This document shows, piece by piece, positions 42,377 to 52,926 of a stretch of 64,000 nt of DNA; the first letter of the stretch is position 1; every line of letters begins with the position of its first letter. This stretch comes from Candidatus Sysuiplasma jiujiangense (GTDB taxonomy: Archaea > Thermoplasmatota > Thermoplasmata > Sysuiplasmatales > Sysuiplasmataceae): the NCBI GenBank assembly GCA_019721075.1, contig JAHEAD010000014.1:404-64403 (forward strand), read 5' to 3'. The position numbers and the translations under genes were made by a program. The notes beneath the pieces are model-generated. The model saw only the letters and a list, made by a program, of their open reading frames with translations, had not been told where the DNA came from and did not search any database.

Positions 42377-43531
42377 TCAGGGTACTGCCGGAAGATGGAG
42401 CAGCGCAAACATGATGCTTCCGAGCAAATAGGTAGCTGATGCCGCGCCAAGCGTCAGACCCACAGTTTCCAGGACCTTCTTCAGTACGGATGTGTCGGAA
42501 GACAGCGCAATGATTGTAGCGGCAGTAGTCTGTGCAGCTGCGACTGCAATAACGGAGAGTACGAGGCCCGTGATTCCGCCGACGAAGGCAAAAGGCAATA
42601 TCGGAAACGCGGATCCTATCAGGTAGAATAAGCCAGTCTGGAGTCCAGCCCTCCTCGGATTTTCGTCTGTATCACGGGATCTCCCGAGCTTGTTCCTTAC
42701 AAAAAACTCGGTGGCGGCGTCCTGATTCTGGGCCATGGAGCGTGCGGCCTGCTCGGTATAATCCCCCTGCAGTCCCATTTCATCGAGCATCGATTTGAGG
42801 CGCCCGACCTTCTCTTCATGGCTGACGAACTCAATTTCCCTGGCGACTCTGTCAGCCTGCCTCCTGCCGATCTCAATGTGCGCCTTTGTGGACATGTAAG
42901 CGCCTATTGCCATCGAGAGTGTCCCGGAAATGCCCACGACCAGACCACCTGCGGCCACTAGAATCGGCGTGTGCACAATGGGCACAAGTCCTGCAACAGC
43001 CGCCAGAACCTCCACCAGGCCGTCGCTCATGCCGTAGAAAACATCCCTGATGGACTCCAGGCGGCTCGAAACGCCGCTGAGCTGTGATGCGAAATATTCC
43101 TCATGCAGAACTTCATCGGTGATAATTGAATGGAGCTTCTCCCTGTCTTCAGCATCCAGGGATTCCACGTTCAGGAAATTTGTATATTCCACGATTACAG
43201 ATTCTTCCCCTCTCTCGAAGAGCCTGATAACGAGGGGGAGTCCGATGAGCCTTCGCAGTACAAGTATAAAGGCAGACTTGTAGCGTGGATAACGGTAATC
43301 TGCACGGGACTCGCCGTGCTTGCGAAGGAAATAATTCCAGAAATCGGCATGCGATTTTTCCATAGCGCCCAATTTGGAAAGAAGTATTCCCTTCTCCCTG
43401 TCCCTCTCACTGTTCCCAAGACGTGAATAGACCTCCGCATCCTTCAACTCCCCTTTGTAGAACCATCTGGCTTTTTTGACCACTTTACTGGAGACGGAAG
43501 TCATTCGCTCACTTTTGCTTCCTTCTATCAT
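42377..43531 (-). CDS. VIT1/CCC1 iron transporter with N-terminal ferritin-like domain
   Basis: E..H motifs (MEKSH, DEVLHE); VFYGMSDGLVE, SMAIGAY, PILPF. Confidence 0.9.
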   Translation of the reverse strand: MIEGSKSERMTSVSSKVVKKARWFYKGELKDAEVYSRLGNSERDREKGILLSKLGAMEKSHADFWNYFLRKHGESRADYRYPRYKSAFILVLRRLIGLPLVIRLFERGEESVIVEYTNFLNVESLDAEDREKLHSIITDEVLHEEYFASQLSGVSSRLESIRDVFYGMSDGLVEVLAAVAGLVPIVHTPILVAAGGLVVGISGTLSMAIGAYMSTKAHIEIGRRQADRVAREIEFVSHEEKVGRLKSMLDEMGLQGDYTEQAARSMAQNQDAATEFFVRNKLGRSRDTDENPRRAGLQTGLFYLIGSAFPILPFAFVGGITGLVLSVIAVAAAQTTAATIIALSSDTSVLKKVLETVGLTLGAASATYLLGSIMFALLHLPAVP

Positions 43532-43582
43532 TCTAATTATAAAGTTTTTTGTGGCAGGCCGCCACCAGATCTCAAAAGTGTT

Positions 43583-45685
43583 ATGAGCCGAAAGCCCCTA
43601 TATCATGGGCGGAACGGCGGAAGTATTATTTTGAATTACATCTCTCAACGCGGCCTTCTGGCAATTCTTGTCTGCTTTCTGGTTGTGGCTTCATATCAGG
43701 CATACCATGTTGAAAGCTCAAACAGGCATTCAGTCAGCAGTGTTCTCAATCAACCCCCTGAAATTTTTTACAAACCTATGCGCCATTTGACGGGCGGATG
43801 GGACACCGGCCTCCTCCACAGGCATCGCACGCTTACTGTTGCTCCGTCCGGTTCCAAACCACGTTTTATATCGTCCGATATTTCATACAGCAACGGCTCG
43901 TTCTCCATTTCAAATGAGACATTATATTTCAATTCCACTTACAGCAGACCCATAACCGTCTTTGTGAATGACTCCAGACTTCTGATTAAAAATTCCATAC
44001 TCAGGATTAATGAGCGGATTGGCAATTACTCCTATTTCCTCCTCACAGGTCATGGATCTGTGATATCGATCGTCAACAGCGAGGTTATTGAAGGGGCCGC
44101 CGTTGTTTCATTCATTCCGGTAATCAGTCTAAACGACACTTTTTTATCTGTCAACAGTTCGGCATTTCTTTCAAACGGAGAATTGCTGAATACGTTGTCC
44201 TCACCTTATACGGAGATCAGCGGTTCCTGGTTTTCGGGTAACGGTACACTCGTGCAGGCAAAAGACATCGGAACAATGACAGTGGAGGGGACGACCTTTT
44301 CAGTCAATGGGACAACTCTGGATTCCACCTCCGATTTCGGCGGCATAATTTCCGTTTACACGGCATTCCGGTTCACATTCCTCGGCAATTCCATAAGTTC
44401 CTTTGACGAGAACGCTGCCTACGGGATGATTGCCGGCAATGTAAAGAGTTTTCAATTTTTCAATTCGACTTTTACATTCAGCGGCCAGAATTCCTCTGAA
44501 CCGGGATTCGACAGGTATGGCATGTATATCTTCAACTCAAGCTCCCTGTCCATAGAAAACGACATTGTAAGCGGAAACGAGATAGCAGTATCGATAACAG
44601 GCTCAGCATATCTCAACTTTTCGAACTTGAAAACCAATCAGAGCGAGGAGGGTCTGTCTCTCGCTCTTGACAACAGCATCAAGGTGGCCTATTCAGAATT
44701 TTACGGGGGGACATACGGTCTGCTGATAACTGATAGCAGTCATATCAGCACACAGGACAATTATTTCCACCGGACACTGTTCGGAATGAGACTTATCGGT
44801 ATTTACGGCGCCTACATTGAAGCGACCTATGAACAATACGTGATTTCATCGTTACAGATCGTGGATAGTCACAATGTCTCGGTTGTTGGGATTTATGACA
44901 TACTCATCCCGTACGAATTCAATTTCCTTGAGTTTTATGGAATCACAGTAGCAGGCTCGAAGTCGGTTACACTTGACTCAGTGTTGATGCAGACAGGTCC
45001 CGATTCCTCCGGTGGGTTCATTGACGGCCTTTCTGTTGTCTACAGCAATTTCACCAGTGTCCGCGACCTTCATGCCGTTTTCTCTGGACAGTTTGTTTCC
45101 ACTGCTGTCACTTTTTACAACTCCGCAAACGACAGCTTCACCAACTCCTCAGTCCTGTCAGAAGGGACTTCAGGAGATACAGGACTCTGGATTGTCAATT
45201 CGGAAAACAATACGATACAGGCTATCACACTGTACATCGTCGGGCAGCAGGCAGTGCTAATGCAGAATTCTACAGGAAACCTGTTGGCATCCACCTACAT
45301 GAGCGTCGATGGAGCCTCCACAAGCGGATTGTATGCATACAATTCGTGGCACAACCGTTTTGAGAATCTGACTATCGATTCCGAAGGGTACAATGCCGAA
45401 ACAGGAATAGTATTTCAGAATTCGAGCTTCAATTCATTTTCCAACACATATGTGGGCCTTACAGGATCGTTTTCAGCGGAATTGCTTGCAAAGAGCATCG
45501 ACTCGTCACACAACAGTTTCCGCGGATTTGATTATTATTCGTCCTACGTTTATCTGGAATGGGTGGCCACATCGCTGACACTTGCACTTCTTTCTGCAAC
45601 CGGACTCTTCATTGCTGTCACAAGGAAGACAGAGATCAAAATAGCAAGGGATGATAAAATCAGGTTCAAAAGGGTAAAACTCTGA
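43583..45685 (+). CDS. Membrane-anchored surface protein with parallel beta-helix (NosD/CASH-like) repeats
   Basis: N-terminal hydrophobic segment, G(I/L)x(I/L)xxSxxxx(I/F) repeats, many sequons, C-terminal TM followed by a basic tail; exact start uncertain. Confidence 0.75.
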   Translation: MSRKPLYHGRNGGSIILNYISQRGLLAILVCFLVVASYQAYHVESSNRHSVSSVLNQPPEIFYKPMRHLTGGWDTGLLHRHRTLTVAPSGSKPRFISSDISYSNGSFSISNETLYFNSTYSRPITVFVNDSRLLIKNSILRINERIGNYSYFLLTGHGSVISIVNSEVIEGAAVVSFIPVISLNDTFLSVNSSAFLSNGELLNTLSSPYTEISGSWFSGNGTLVQAKDIGTMTVEGTTFSVNGTTLDSTSDFGGIISVYTAFRFTFLGNSISSFDENAAYGMIAGNVKSFQFFNSTFTFSGQNSSEPGFDRYGMYIFNSSSLSIENDIVSGNEIAVSITGSAYLNFSNLKTNQSEEGLSLALDNSIKVAYSEFYGGTYGLLITDSSHISTQDNYFHRTLFGMRLIGIYGAYIEATYEQYVISSLQIVDSHNVSVVGIYDILIPYEFNFLEFYGITVAGSKSVTLDSVLMQTGPDSSGGFIDGLSVVYSNFTSVRDLHAVFSGQFVSTAVTFYNSANDSFTNSSVLSEGTSGDTGLWIVNSENNTIQAITLYIVGQQAVLMQNSTGNLLASTYMSVDGASTSGLYAYNSWHNRFENLTIDSEGYNAETGIVFQNSSFNSFSNTYVGLTGSFSAELLAKSIDSSHNSFRGFDYYSSYVYLEWVATSLTLALLSATGLFIAVTRKTEIKIARDDKIRFKRVKL

Positions 45686-45904
45686 CTCTGTCTTAGAACG
45701 CCTGATGAAAATGACCGGACGGATCGGGGATGAACGTACATCGGAAGCAGTCGGAAAACGCCGGAGCCGGAGAAGAACATCGGTGCGTTTCTCCCGGAGC
45801 AGCATATGTATGTTTGGCTTCACCATCACGATGCGGTTAAGGCAGCAGGCAGCGAATTTTTCTGCGAGAGCTTTAAAAACCTGAACAATTTATTCAATGC
45901 CGTC

Positions 45905-47560
45905 ATGGCTCAAAGAATAATAAGGGCACCCCGTGGTTCCGCCCTGAATTGCAGGGGATGGGGTCAGGAAGCAGCTCTCCGGCTGCTGATGAACAACCTT
46001 GATCCGGATGTTGCTAAAGACCCCGACAACCTGATTGTATACGGGGGAAGGGGAAAAGCGGCAAGAAACTGGGAGAGTTTTGACAGGATTGTCGAATCGC
46101 TGAAGACAATGGATAATGATGAAACGCTTCTCATACAATCCGGCAAGCCGGCTGGCATTTTCAGAACAGGGCCGGATTTGCCCAGAGTGCTTATCTCCAA
46201 CGCGATGATCGTTCCAAGATTTGCAACGGATGAAATCTTCTGGGATCTCGAATCGAAGGGGCTGACGATGTACGGGCAGATGACAGCCGGTTCCTGGATA
46301 TACATAGGTACACAGGGGGTATTGCAGGGCACTTACGAAACGCTGCATGCACTCGGCAGAAAGGAATTCAATTCTAATTCTCTGAAGGGGAAATGGATCC
46401 TGTCCTCGGGTCTGGGCGAAATGGGCGGCGCCCAGGCTCTCGCAATCACGATGAATGAGGGCGTCGGAATCATTGTTGAAATAGACAAGTCAAAAATTTA
46501 CAGGCGGCTCAATGACAGATATCTAGACTGCTGGACAGACGATCTGGATGAGGCACTCAGACTCAAGAACCTTGCTCTGACCGACGGAAGACCTCTTTCA
46601 ATCGGATTACTGGGAAATGCATCGGAAGTTTATTCTGATCTCATGAAAAGGAAAATCGTTCCTGATATCGTGACAGATCAGACAGCTGCCCATGACTTGG
46701 AGCAGGGATACATTCCTTCCGGCATGTCCATAGGCGATGCAGATATTCTCAGGAAAGAGAATTATGAGGAATACAAGCGTGCCGTGTACACAAGCATAGT
46801 TGTTGAGACCGACGCCATGCTCTGGTTCAAGAAGAACGGCGCAATTGTATTCGATTACGGCAACAACATAAGGACGAGGGCAATGGAAGGCGGACTCCAG
46901 AATGCGTTTGAGATTGCGGGATATGTGCCTGCATACATAAGGGATCTCTTCGCAGTAGGTTCCGGGCCGTTTAGGTGGGTTGCGCTTTCCGGGGACGAAA
47001 AGGACATAAAGGCCATTGACAGCGCGATATTGAGTGAATTCGAGGATGAGCATCTTGCAACATGGATCAGACTCGCCGGCGAGAGAATCCATTTCCAGGG
47101 TCTGCCTGCAAGGATATGTTACATGAAATACGGAGACAGGGAGAAGATGGGACTGCTGATAAACAGCCTTGTGCGTGACGGAACTGTTTCAGCCCCTGTT
47201 GCGATAGGGAGAGATCATCACGACACCGGATCGGTTGCTTCGCCATTCAGGGAGACTGAAAAGATGATGGACGGAAGCGATGCAATTGCCGACTGGCCGA
47301 TACTGAACGCCCTGCTTAATGCCATTTCGGGGGCAACTTGGGTATCAGTGCACCATGGCGGCGGGACGGGAATCGGCAACTCCATACATGCGGGCCTTGT
47401 CGTCGTTGCCGACGGGACCGAGGAACAGGGGAGAAGGATATCCAGGGTCCTCAATGCAGATCCCGGCCTCGGGCTTATCAGGCATGCAGATGCAGGATAC
47501 CAGAATTCGAAGGACATCATAAACCGTGGGGTGAAGTTCAGATATACCGGAGGGCAGTGA
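45905..47560 (+). CDS. hutU: Urocanate hydratase
   Basis: [48 protein letters not shown]; start at ATG 45905 downstream of TTTAAAAA. Confidence 0.97.
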   Translation: MAQRIIRAPRGSALNCRGWGQEAALRLLMNNLDPDVAKDPDNLIVYGGRGKAARNWESFDRIVESLKTMDNDETLLIQSGKPAGIFRTGPDLPRVLISNAMIVPRFATDEIFWDLESKGLTMYGQMTAGSWIYIGTQGVLQGTYETLHALGRKEFNSNSLKGKWILSSGLGEMGGAQALAITMNEGVGIIVEIDKSKIYRRLNDRYLDCWTDDLDEALRLKNLALTDGRPLSIGLLGNASEVYSDLMKRKIVPDIVTDQTAAHDLEQGYIPSGMSIGDADILRKENYEEYKRAVYTSIVVETDAMLWFKKNGAIVFDYGNNIRTRAMEGGLQNAFEIAGYVPAYIRDLFAVGSGPFRWVALSGDEKDIKAIDSAILSEFEDEHLATWIRLAGERIHFQGLPARICYMKYGDREKMGLLINSLVRDGTVSAPVAIGRDHHDTGSVASPFRETEKMMDGSDAIADWPILNALLNAISGATWVSVHHGGGTGIGNSIHAGLVVVADGTEEQGRRISRVLNADPGLGLIRHADAGYQNSKDIINRGVKFRYTGGQ

Positions 47561-48318
47561 TGCCAGCTCATACAGAGGTAAGGGAGGCGGTTCCAGCCGA
47601 CACGCATTCCATCAGGAAAATGCTCGAGGCCGACGATCCGGAGGACTATGTACCCGATGTCATAGAAAAGTGGATTGAAAACAGAGAGGTCTTTGTTGCC
47701 GTCAGATCGGGATCGGTGGCCGGCATGGCACATTATGAAAGAATGCCCGACGGAACAATCTGGCTCAGCGGCCTGAGGGTTGCAGGCAGTCTGAGAAGAA
47801 CAGGAGTGGGAAGAGCGCTTTCAAGGAAGATGACATCCATTCCCGGTTCGGAGGTTTTCAGGCTGATGATCAGCAGTACCAATAAACCGTCGGTGCAGCT
47901 CTCCGTACAGGAAGGGTTCAAATGCAGATGCACCGTTTCAGTGTGGCGGCAGGAGAGTGAGGCGGCTGAACCCGGGTTGAAGGAAGCCGCTGTTCAAACT
48001 GCAGAAATGGATTACCTGAAAAATTTCGACGGGCTGCTGCCCACCGCATGGTTCGCCTTTGTTCCGGACGGCACCATATCCTCCACGCTGAAAAAATTCG
48101 GTCTGCGCTATGTCAGAGACAGGCATGGCAACACGTTTCTGATGAACACGCATGAAAAGTCGCTGACGCCGCTGCACGCAGACAAAGATGCGTTCAATTC
48201 GATTCCGCGGGGATACGTGCTGCTTGCTGCCCGGGACGAATCGCTGGAAAATTTCGGGCTAAGGAAAACACTCTGGACAGAAAGCGTGGGCATTTTCGAG
48301 TACCACCGGGAGCGGTGA
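47560..48318 (+). CDS. GNAT-family N-acetyltransferase
   Basis: DYVP..IEKW, WLSGLRV...RRTGVG acetyl-CoA motif, N.PS..L...GF; TGATG coupling to hutU. Confidence 0.85.
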   Translation: MPAHTEVREAVPADTHSIRKMLEADDPEDYVPDVIEKWIENREVFVAVRSGSVAGMAHYERMPDGTIWLSGLRVAGSLRRTGVGRALSRKMTSIPGSEVFRLMISSTNKPSVQLSVQEGFKCRCTVSVWRQESEAAEPGLKEAAVQTAEMDYLKNFDGLLPTAWFAFVPDGTISSTLKKFGLRYVRDRHGNTFLMNTHEKSLTPLHADKDAFNSIPRGYVLLAARDESLENFGLRKTLWTESVGIFEYHRER

Positions 48319-48359
48319 GTGTTCAGTATTCACCTGTCCTGCCCGGCACGGTGAGCCGG

Positions 48360-49397
48360 CTATGCAGCCGGCATTCTGTATCTGAGGATGGCGGCAACAC
48401 CGCCCAGCGCGTCAAGCTGCTTTCCTGCATCCCAACCGGAGGTTAAAACTGTAACCTCGCCTGCCTTCTCTTCAGCAAGTTTCAAAAGCGGTTCCGCAGT
48501 CCCCTCCCTTATCATCCTGTCAGTCACTGCAATTCTTTTCACCGCGCCTGCTTCCAGCGCTCTCCTGACCTCCTCAATTCCGTATGTGACCGGGCCGTTC
48601 GATGATATGAGCTCCTTTATCTCCTCCATCGTTTTTGTTTCAGCAGACATCCTTGCTTCCTGAAGGAGTTTTGAATTCTGCGGCTTCGAAAGTGCCTCCC
48701 TTATGCCTGCCATTCCGCCCTGCCCTGTCTGTATCGTCTGCCCTTCCGAAAATATCGATGGTTCCTTCTCCCTTGCCTCGCGCAAAAAATCCTCCTTTAT
48801 GAATCCAGGGCCGACGATCAGCACCGGAAGCCTCGGCATGGCTTTCACCTGCGATATGATTTCGGCATAGAAATCATCCTTTTCCTTTTTTGCTGACTCC
48901 TCCTTCGATTTTCGTCCCTGAATTGTTGCAATTTCCTCAACTCCAAAACTCTTTACGAGCGCTACCACAGCTTCCCCATGCTCTATCGCAACGCATATGA
49001 AACGCGAACTTCCCCTGTTCTCCACAGCCTCTCTCAGGCGTTCGAGATCATGCTTTTTCCAGGTATCCTTTTCGATTATCACATCGCTGCCTTCACCGAT
49101 GTTGAATGTGTGATATGAGCCGGTCCCGAACTCCGCCTCGACTATCTTTCCCGTGATTCGTAGGATGTTCTGAAAATCCATGAATTCCGTCCTTTCCACC
49201 ACGATTGTCAGAAACACCCTTATCCTGGTTTCCTTCTGCGCCCTGACAGCATCATCCCTCGCCTCTTCCCTCCTGAAGGTCTTCCCCTTTACCCTGTCCC
49301 CGGGTCTGACAATGTTGTAGAGATGCCACAGATCATCGCCGTTCGTGACAAGAACCTTGATTTCCCCTGTCTGCGGATTCTGGTTCAGGATTCGCAT
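48360..49397 (-). CDS. pelA: Pelota ribosome-rescue factor
   Basis: DDLWHLYNI...GD, LRI.G, GSYHT, GPGF.K, YG..EV, LGG.AA.LRY. Confidence 0.95.
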   Translation of the reverse strand: MRILNQNPQTGEIKVLVTNGDDLWHLYNIVRPGDRVKGKTFRREEARDDAVRAQKETRIRVFLTIVVERTEFMDFQNILRITGKIVEAEFGTGSYHTFNIGEGSDVIIEKDTWKKHDLERLREAVENRGSSRFICVAIEHGEAVVALVKSFGVEEIATIQGRKSKEESAKKEKDDFYAEIISQVKAMPRLPVLIVGPGFIKEDFLREAREKEPSIFSEGQTIQTGQGGMAGIREALSKPQNSKLLQEARMSAETKTMEEIKELISSNGPVTYGIEEVRRALEAGAVKRIAVTDRMIREGTAEPLLKLAEEKAGEVTVLTSGWDAGKQLDALGGVAAILRYRMPAA

Positions 49398-49413
49398 CTT
49401 AATACCTGCCGAT

Positions 49414-50076
49414 TCAAATGTGTTTTCCCTTCCTGCCCAGATATTCGCGGAATATCTTCAGCTGCGTTTTGAAAGAGCCTGGCACGGATTGGCCATGCCC
49501 CCGGGCGGTGCATCGTCCTGCCGACAGCGCCTGAAGAATATCGGCAACCGGCAGTACGCCGCCATCGATCTCAGTATATGCTCTGCCCACCTCGTCCGGC
49601 GTATGGGCATCGCTGCCTCCCGTCCCGCCCATTCCATGTTCTTCAGCAAAGTTAGCAGCCGCCGCATTTATTGATTTGTGGTTTCTGCCGTTTACTGTTT
49701 CTATGCACGGGGGGTGAAGCCTCTCGAGAACGGATGTTCCGACGCCTGTCCCGAGCCTGAAGGGGTGGGAAGGTATTGTTACGCCGCCGAGTGCGGTCAC
49801 CCTTTCGATAGCCACCGCAATGGGCGTCCCCCGGGGGATATCCTCTTTGATGCCCAGGCAGAGGAGATGCCCTTCCTGAGTCGAAAGTTCATAACCCGGA
49901 ATAACGGCCATCCTTTGGTCCGCCAGTTTCATAGCGGAAATGGCGCCCTTTGCAGTATTGTGATCCGTGACGGCAATTGCGTCCATGCCTGAACGGATGG
50001 CAGCCGAAACAATGTGTCCCACATCCGAAGTGGAGTCGGGGCTGTACATTGAATGAATATGACAATCTATTTTCAT
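49414..50076 (-). CDS. PHP-domain phosphoesterase
   Basis: DCHIHS.YS.D, TDHN, GH, HP, GGSDAH. Confidence 0.92.
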   Translation of the reverse strand: MKIDCHIHSMYSPDSTSDVGHIVSAAIRSGMDAIAVTDHNTAKGAISAMKLADQRMAVIPGYELSTQEGHLLCLGIKEDIPRGTPIAVAIERVTALGGVTIPSHPFRLGTGVGTSVLERLHPPCIETVNGRNHKSINAAAANFAEEHGMGGTGGSDAHTPDEVGRAYTEIDGGVLPVADILQALSAGRCTARGHGQSVPGSFKTQLKIFREYLGRKGKHI

Positions 50077-52262
50077 TTTATTCTTGAACCCACGCCTATT
50101 TTATCGCCGTCAACGGTAATAAGCCTGCTTCCGCCACCGAGCGGGATGACTCTGCCGGACATTATCATCGCGGCAACCTCAATCGCGTCTTCGGAGCAGC
50201 CGGGCCCGATGGAAAATTCGTCGCCATGCTTGCAGGCTATCCTCAGATCCAGCGACCTGAACTCATCAATCGAGATTGTGCGCTCCGCGGCCGCGTCGTC
50301 TGAAACGCGGCCCAATGGAAGGTCTGCATACGGTTTGAGCAGTCTGACAGCATTTCCGTTCTCCGCTGCAAGCACCATTCCCTGCGATTCATAGCCACGC
50401 AGCCTGGCCGTTGCGAGATTTGCGAGTACAATGACCTTTCTGCCGATCAGTTCATTCTCGCTGTAATGTTCCCTGAGACCCGCTATGATCTGCCTCTTCT
50501 CTCCAATATCAACTTCGAGCAGATACAGTTTGTCTGCGGAAGGATGCTTCCTTACGGATGTTATCAAACCTATGCGAATGTCAAGCGGGACGGCAACCTT
50601 TGAGCTTCCGTCTTCCTGCTGCCCTTCATCCGCCAACTCCCTTATGTCTATCTTCCTGAATACGGGCGCTGGATCGTAAAGACTGAATGACACGGGTGTC
50701 GAATCAATTCTGTTCCATTTGATTTCCTCGGCGGGGGACAGGCCTAGGTATCCGAGTATCTTGCCGGACGAAAATGGAAGAAAGGGGTATGATATTATTG
50801 CTATCCGCCTGACAAGTTCAAGGTTGCTGAAAAGATCAGATTCGCATTTAGCCCTGTCGGCCTTCACGGAGAACCATGGAGCGCAATGATCAAAAAACTG
50901 ATTCCCCTTCTGGGCGAGATCCATGATTGATTTGAGAGCCTTCTTGAAATCGCAGCTGCCTATAAGCGATGAAACATCAGATGCTGTTTTCTCAGCTTCT
51001 TCCATCAGGGTTGCATCCGGGGTCGAGACGCCGGTCCTGTTCACACGCCGGAAATTTTTATACGAAAAGGACAGGACACGGTGATAGTAGTTGCCGAGAG
51101 TGGCAACGAGCTCGTTGTTTACCTTCGCAACAAGATCATCCAAACTGAATGCACTGTCCCTTGTCTCCGGCATAACAGTTGTCAGATAATACCGGAGATG
51201 TTCAGGAGACAATTTCCTTGCCAGCTCCCTTATTTCCGGGGCTCCGCCCCTGCTTTTTGAAAACTTGAGCCCGGAATCCCCCGGGGTGAGATATTCGTTT
51301 GCCACCACAAACGATGGCAGGACCAGGTTGCCCTTTGCAAGCAGCATTGCAGGCCATATGATCGTGTGGAAAGGTATGTTGTCCTTGCCCATGAAATAGT
51401 AGTGGACAGTGTCCGGATCCTCCCAGAAGAGCCTCCAGTCCATCTTCCCTCCTGAGAGCCTGGACAGTTCTATCGAAGCAGAAAGGTAACCGATTACCGC
51501 TTCCATCCATACATAAATGACTTTTCCCTCAAATCCCGGAAGGGGCACGGGTATTCCCCAGTCCAGATCTCTCGTTGCAGATCTGTCCTCCAGTCCCGAA
51601 TTAATCCAGTTAAGAGAGAAGTCCAGGACATTCTGCCTCCATCCCTTCTTGCCTGAAAGGTAAGAACGGAGCTGGTCGGAGAATTTAGAAAGCGCGAAAA
51701 AAAGCTGTGCTGACTCCCTCATTATGGTCGGATTCATGCAGATGGTGCATCGCGGTGAAATGAGGTCGCCTGGTTCGAATATTGTCTTGCATACTTCACA
51801 CTGATTCCCCTTCGCCTCCAGGTTGCCGCACTTCGGGCAGGTGCCGACAACAAATGTGTCCGCCAGGAATCGCCTGTCGGTTGAGCAGTAGTACTGCTCG
51901 GTTGTTCTTGGATAGAGATAGCCTTTGTTGTAGAGATCGAGGAAGAACGACTGTGCTACTTCAAAATGGTTTTCTGAGTGTGTCTTCGTGAAAATGTCGA
52001 ACTGAATTCCAAGCCACTCTATGGAATCCTTGTTTACTCTGTGATACTTCTCAGCGAGTGAGTCGGGCTTCACGCCCTCCTTGTCCGCACTGATGGAAAC
52101 GGCTGTACCATGCTGATCGCTTCCCGATACCATGATAACATCATGCCCGTTCATCCTCTGGAATCTTGAGAAAATGTCAGGGCCCAGCAGAGAGCCTGCC
52201 ACATGACCCACATGCAGAGCACCATTTGCGTATGGCCATGCAACGTTGACCTGTATTCTCAC
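50073..52262 (-). CDS. metG: Methionyl-tRNA synthetase
   Basis: WPYANG.LHVGH (HIGH-like), zinc knuckle, RDLDWG, GKDNIPFH, KFSKS, C-terminal tRNA-binding domain; GTG start at 52262 after GGTGG. Confidence 0.97.
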   Translation of the reverse strand: MRIQVNVAWPYANGALHVGHVAGSLLGPDIFSRFQRMNGHDVIMVSGSDQHGTAVSISADKEGVKPDSLAEKYHRVNKDSIEWLGIQFDIFTKTHSENHFEVAQSFFLDLYNKGYLYPRTTEQYYCSTDRRFLADTFVVGTCPKCGNLEAKGNQCEVCKTIFEPGDLISPRCTICMNPTIMRESAQLFFALSKFSDQLRSYLSGKKGWRQNVLDFSLNWINSGLEDRSATRDLDWGIPVPLPGFEGKVIYVWMEAVIGYLSASIELSRLSGGKMDWRLFWEDPDTVHYYFMGKDNIPFHTIIWPAMLLAKGNLVLPSFVVANEYLTPGDSGLKFSKSRGGAPEIRELARKLSPEHLRYYLTTVMPETRDSAFSLDDLVAKVNNELVATLGNYYHRVLSFSYKNFRRVNRTGVSTPDATLMEEAEKTASDVSSLIGSCDFKKALKSIMDLAQKGNQFFDHCAPWFSVKADRAKCESDLFSNLELVRRIAIISYPFLPFSSGKILGYLGLSPAEEIKWNRIDSTPVSFSLYDPAPVFRKIDIRELADEGQQEDGSSKVAVPLDIRIGLITSVRKHPSADKLYLLEVDIGEKRQIIAGLREHYSENELIGRKVIVLANLATARLRGYESQGMVLAAENGNAVRLLKPYADLPLGRVSDDAAAERTISIDEFRSLDLRIACKHGDEFSIGPGCSEDAIEVAAMIMSGRVIPLGGGSRLITVDGDKIGVGSRIK

Positions 52263-52430
52263 TGTGACCGACCACCATGCCTGAATCCTGCCAATCGTGC
52301 AATATTCGCCTTCAGACGGCAGACTTAAAAGGGTTAGATCGAACCACTTATTAACTCTATCCAAGACACCGGCAGGTGCAACCGGTAAAACTGTGGTGCG
52401 GCAGGAGACGGGGAATAAGGTGCAATTGAA

Positions 52431-52485
52431 TTAAATGTGTGCTAACATTCATATACATCTACTAACATAATTAGGTATATACTAA
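52431..52485. promoter_or_regulatory. Three tandem DtxR-type operator-like sites at 20-bp spacing
   Basis: TTAA-N7-CTAA (52431), ATAT-N7-CTAA (52451) and TTAG-N7-CTAA (52471) immediately upstream of the DtxR-family gene. Confidence 0.7.
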
Positions 52486-52500
52486 TAAAGGAGAGGCATA

Positions 52501-52926
52501 ATGGCAAAGAGAGAAATCAGAGGCAATGTGACCAAAAAGGAGAGAGACTGCCTGATCAAGGTAATGGAAATTTCGGATAATTCGTTTCCGGTTAGACTGT
52601 GCGAGATCGCGAAGGCGATGAACATCAAGCCTCCGTCTGCTCTTGAAATAGTCAACAGGCTTTCCGTGAAAGGAATGGTCAAGACGAAGGCAGGTATGAT
52701 ATTTCTGACTAAAAATGGCCTGGATGAATATGAACGAATCAAACTCAGTCACAGGGCGCTTGAAACGCTTTTGGTTCAGGGCGGAATATCAGCCGACAAA
52801 GCCTGCAGGGATATAGAGTTCTTTGATTACTTCCTTGACAGGAAAACAACGCTCGCAATTCTGAAGACCATCGGAAATCCGCCTTCCTGCCCGCATGGCT
52901 ATCCGATTAAGTCAGGAGTGCAGTGA
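52501..52926 (+). CDS. DtxR/MntR-family metal-dependent transcriptional regulator (short form)
   Basis: wHTH (EIAKAMNIKPPSA...LT..G), HRALE, CPHG.PI. Confidence 0.9.
   Translation: MAKREIRGNVTKKERDCLIKVMEISDNSFPVRLCEIAKAMNIKPPSALEIVNRLSVKGMVKTKAGMIFLTKNGLDEYERIKLSHRALETLLVQGGISADKACRDIEFFDYFLDRKTTLAILKTIGNPPSCPHGYPIKSGVQ

Noticed and set aside
45695..45800. CTGATGA...GAAA suggesting a hammerhead ribozyme or C/D-box RNA
   Set aside because: Could not build the required flanking stems or a matching D box.
45806..52364. Long N-terminal extensions of hutU, GNAT and metG in the ORF track
   Set aside because: Family similarity and promoter/SD positions support the downstream starts (45905, 47560, 52262).
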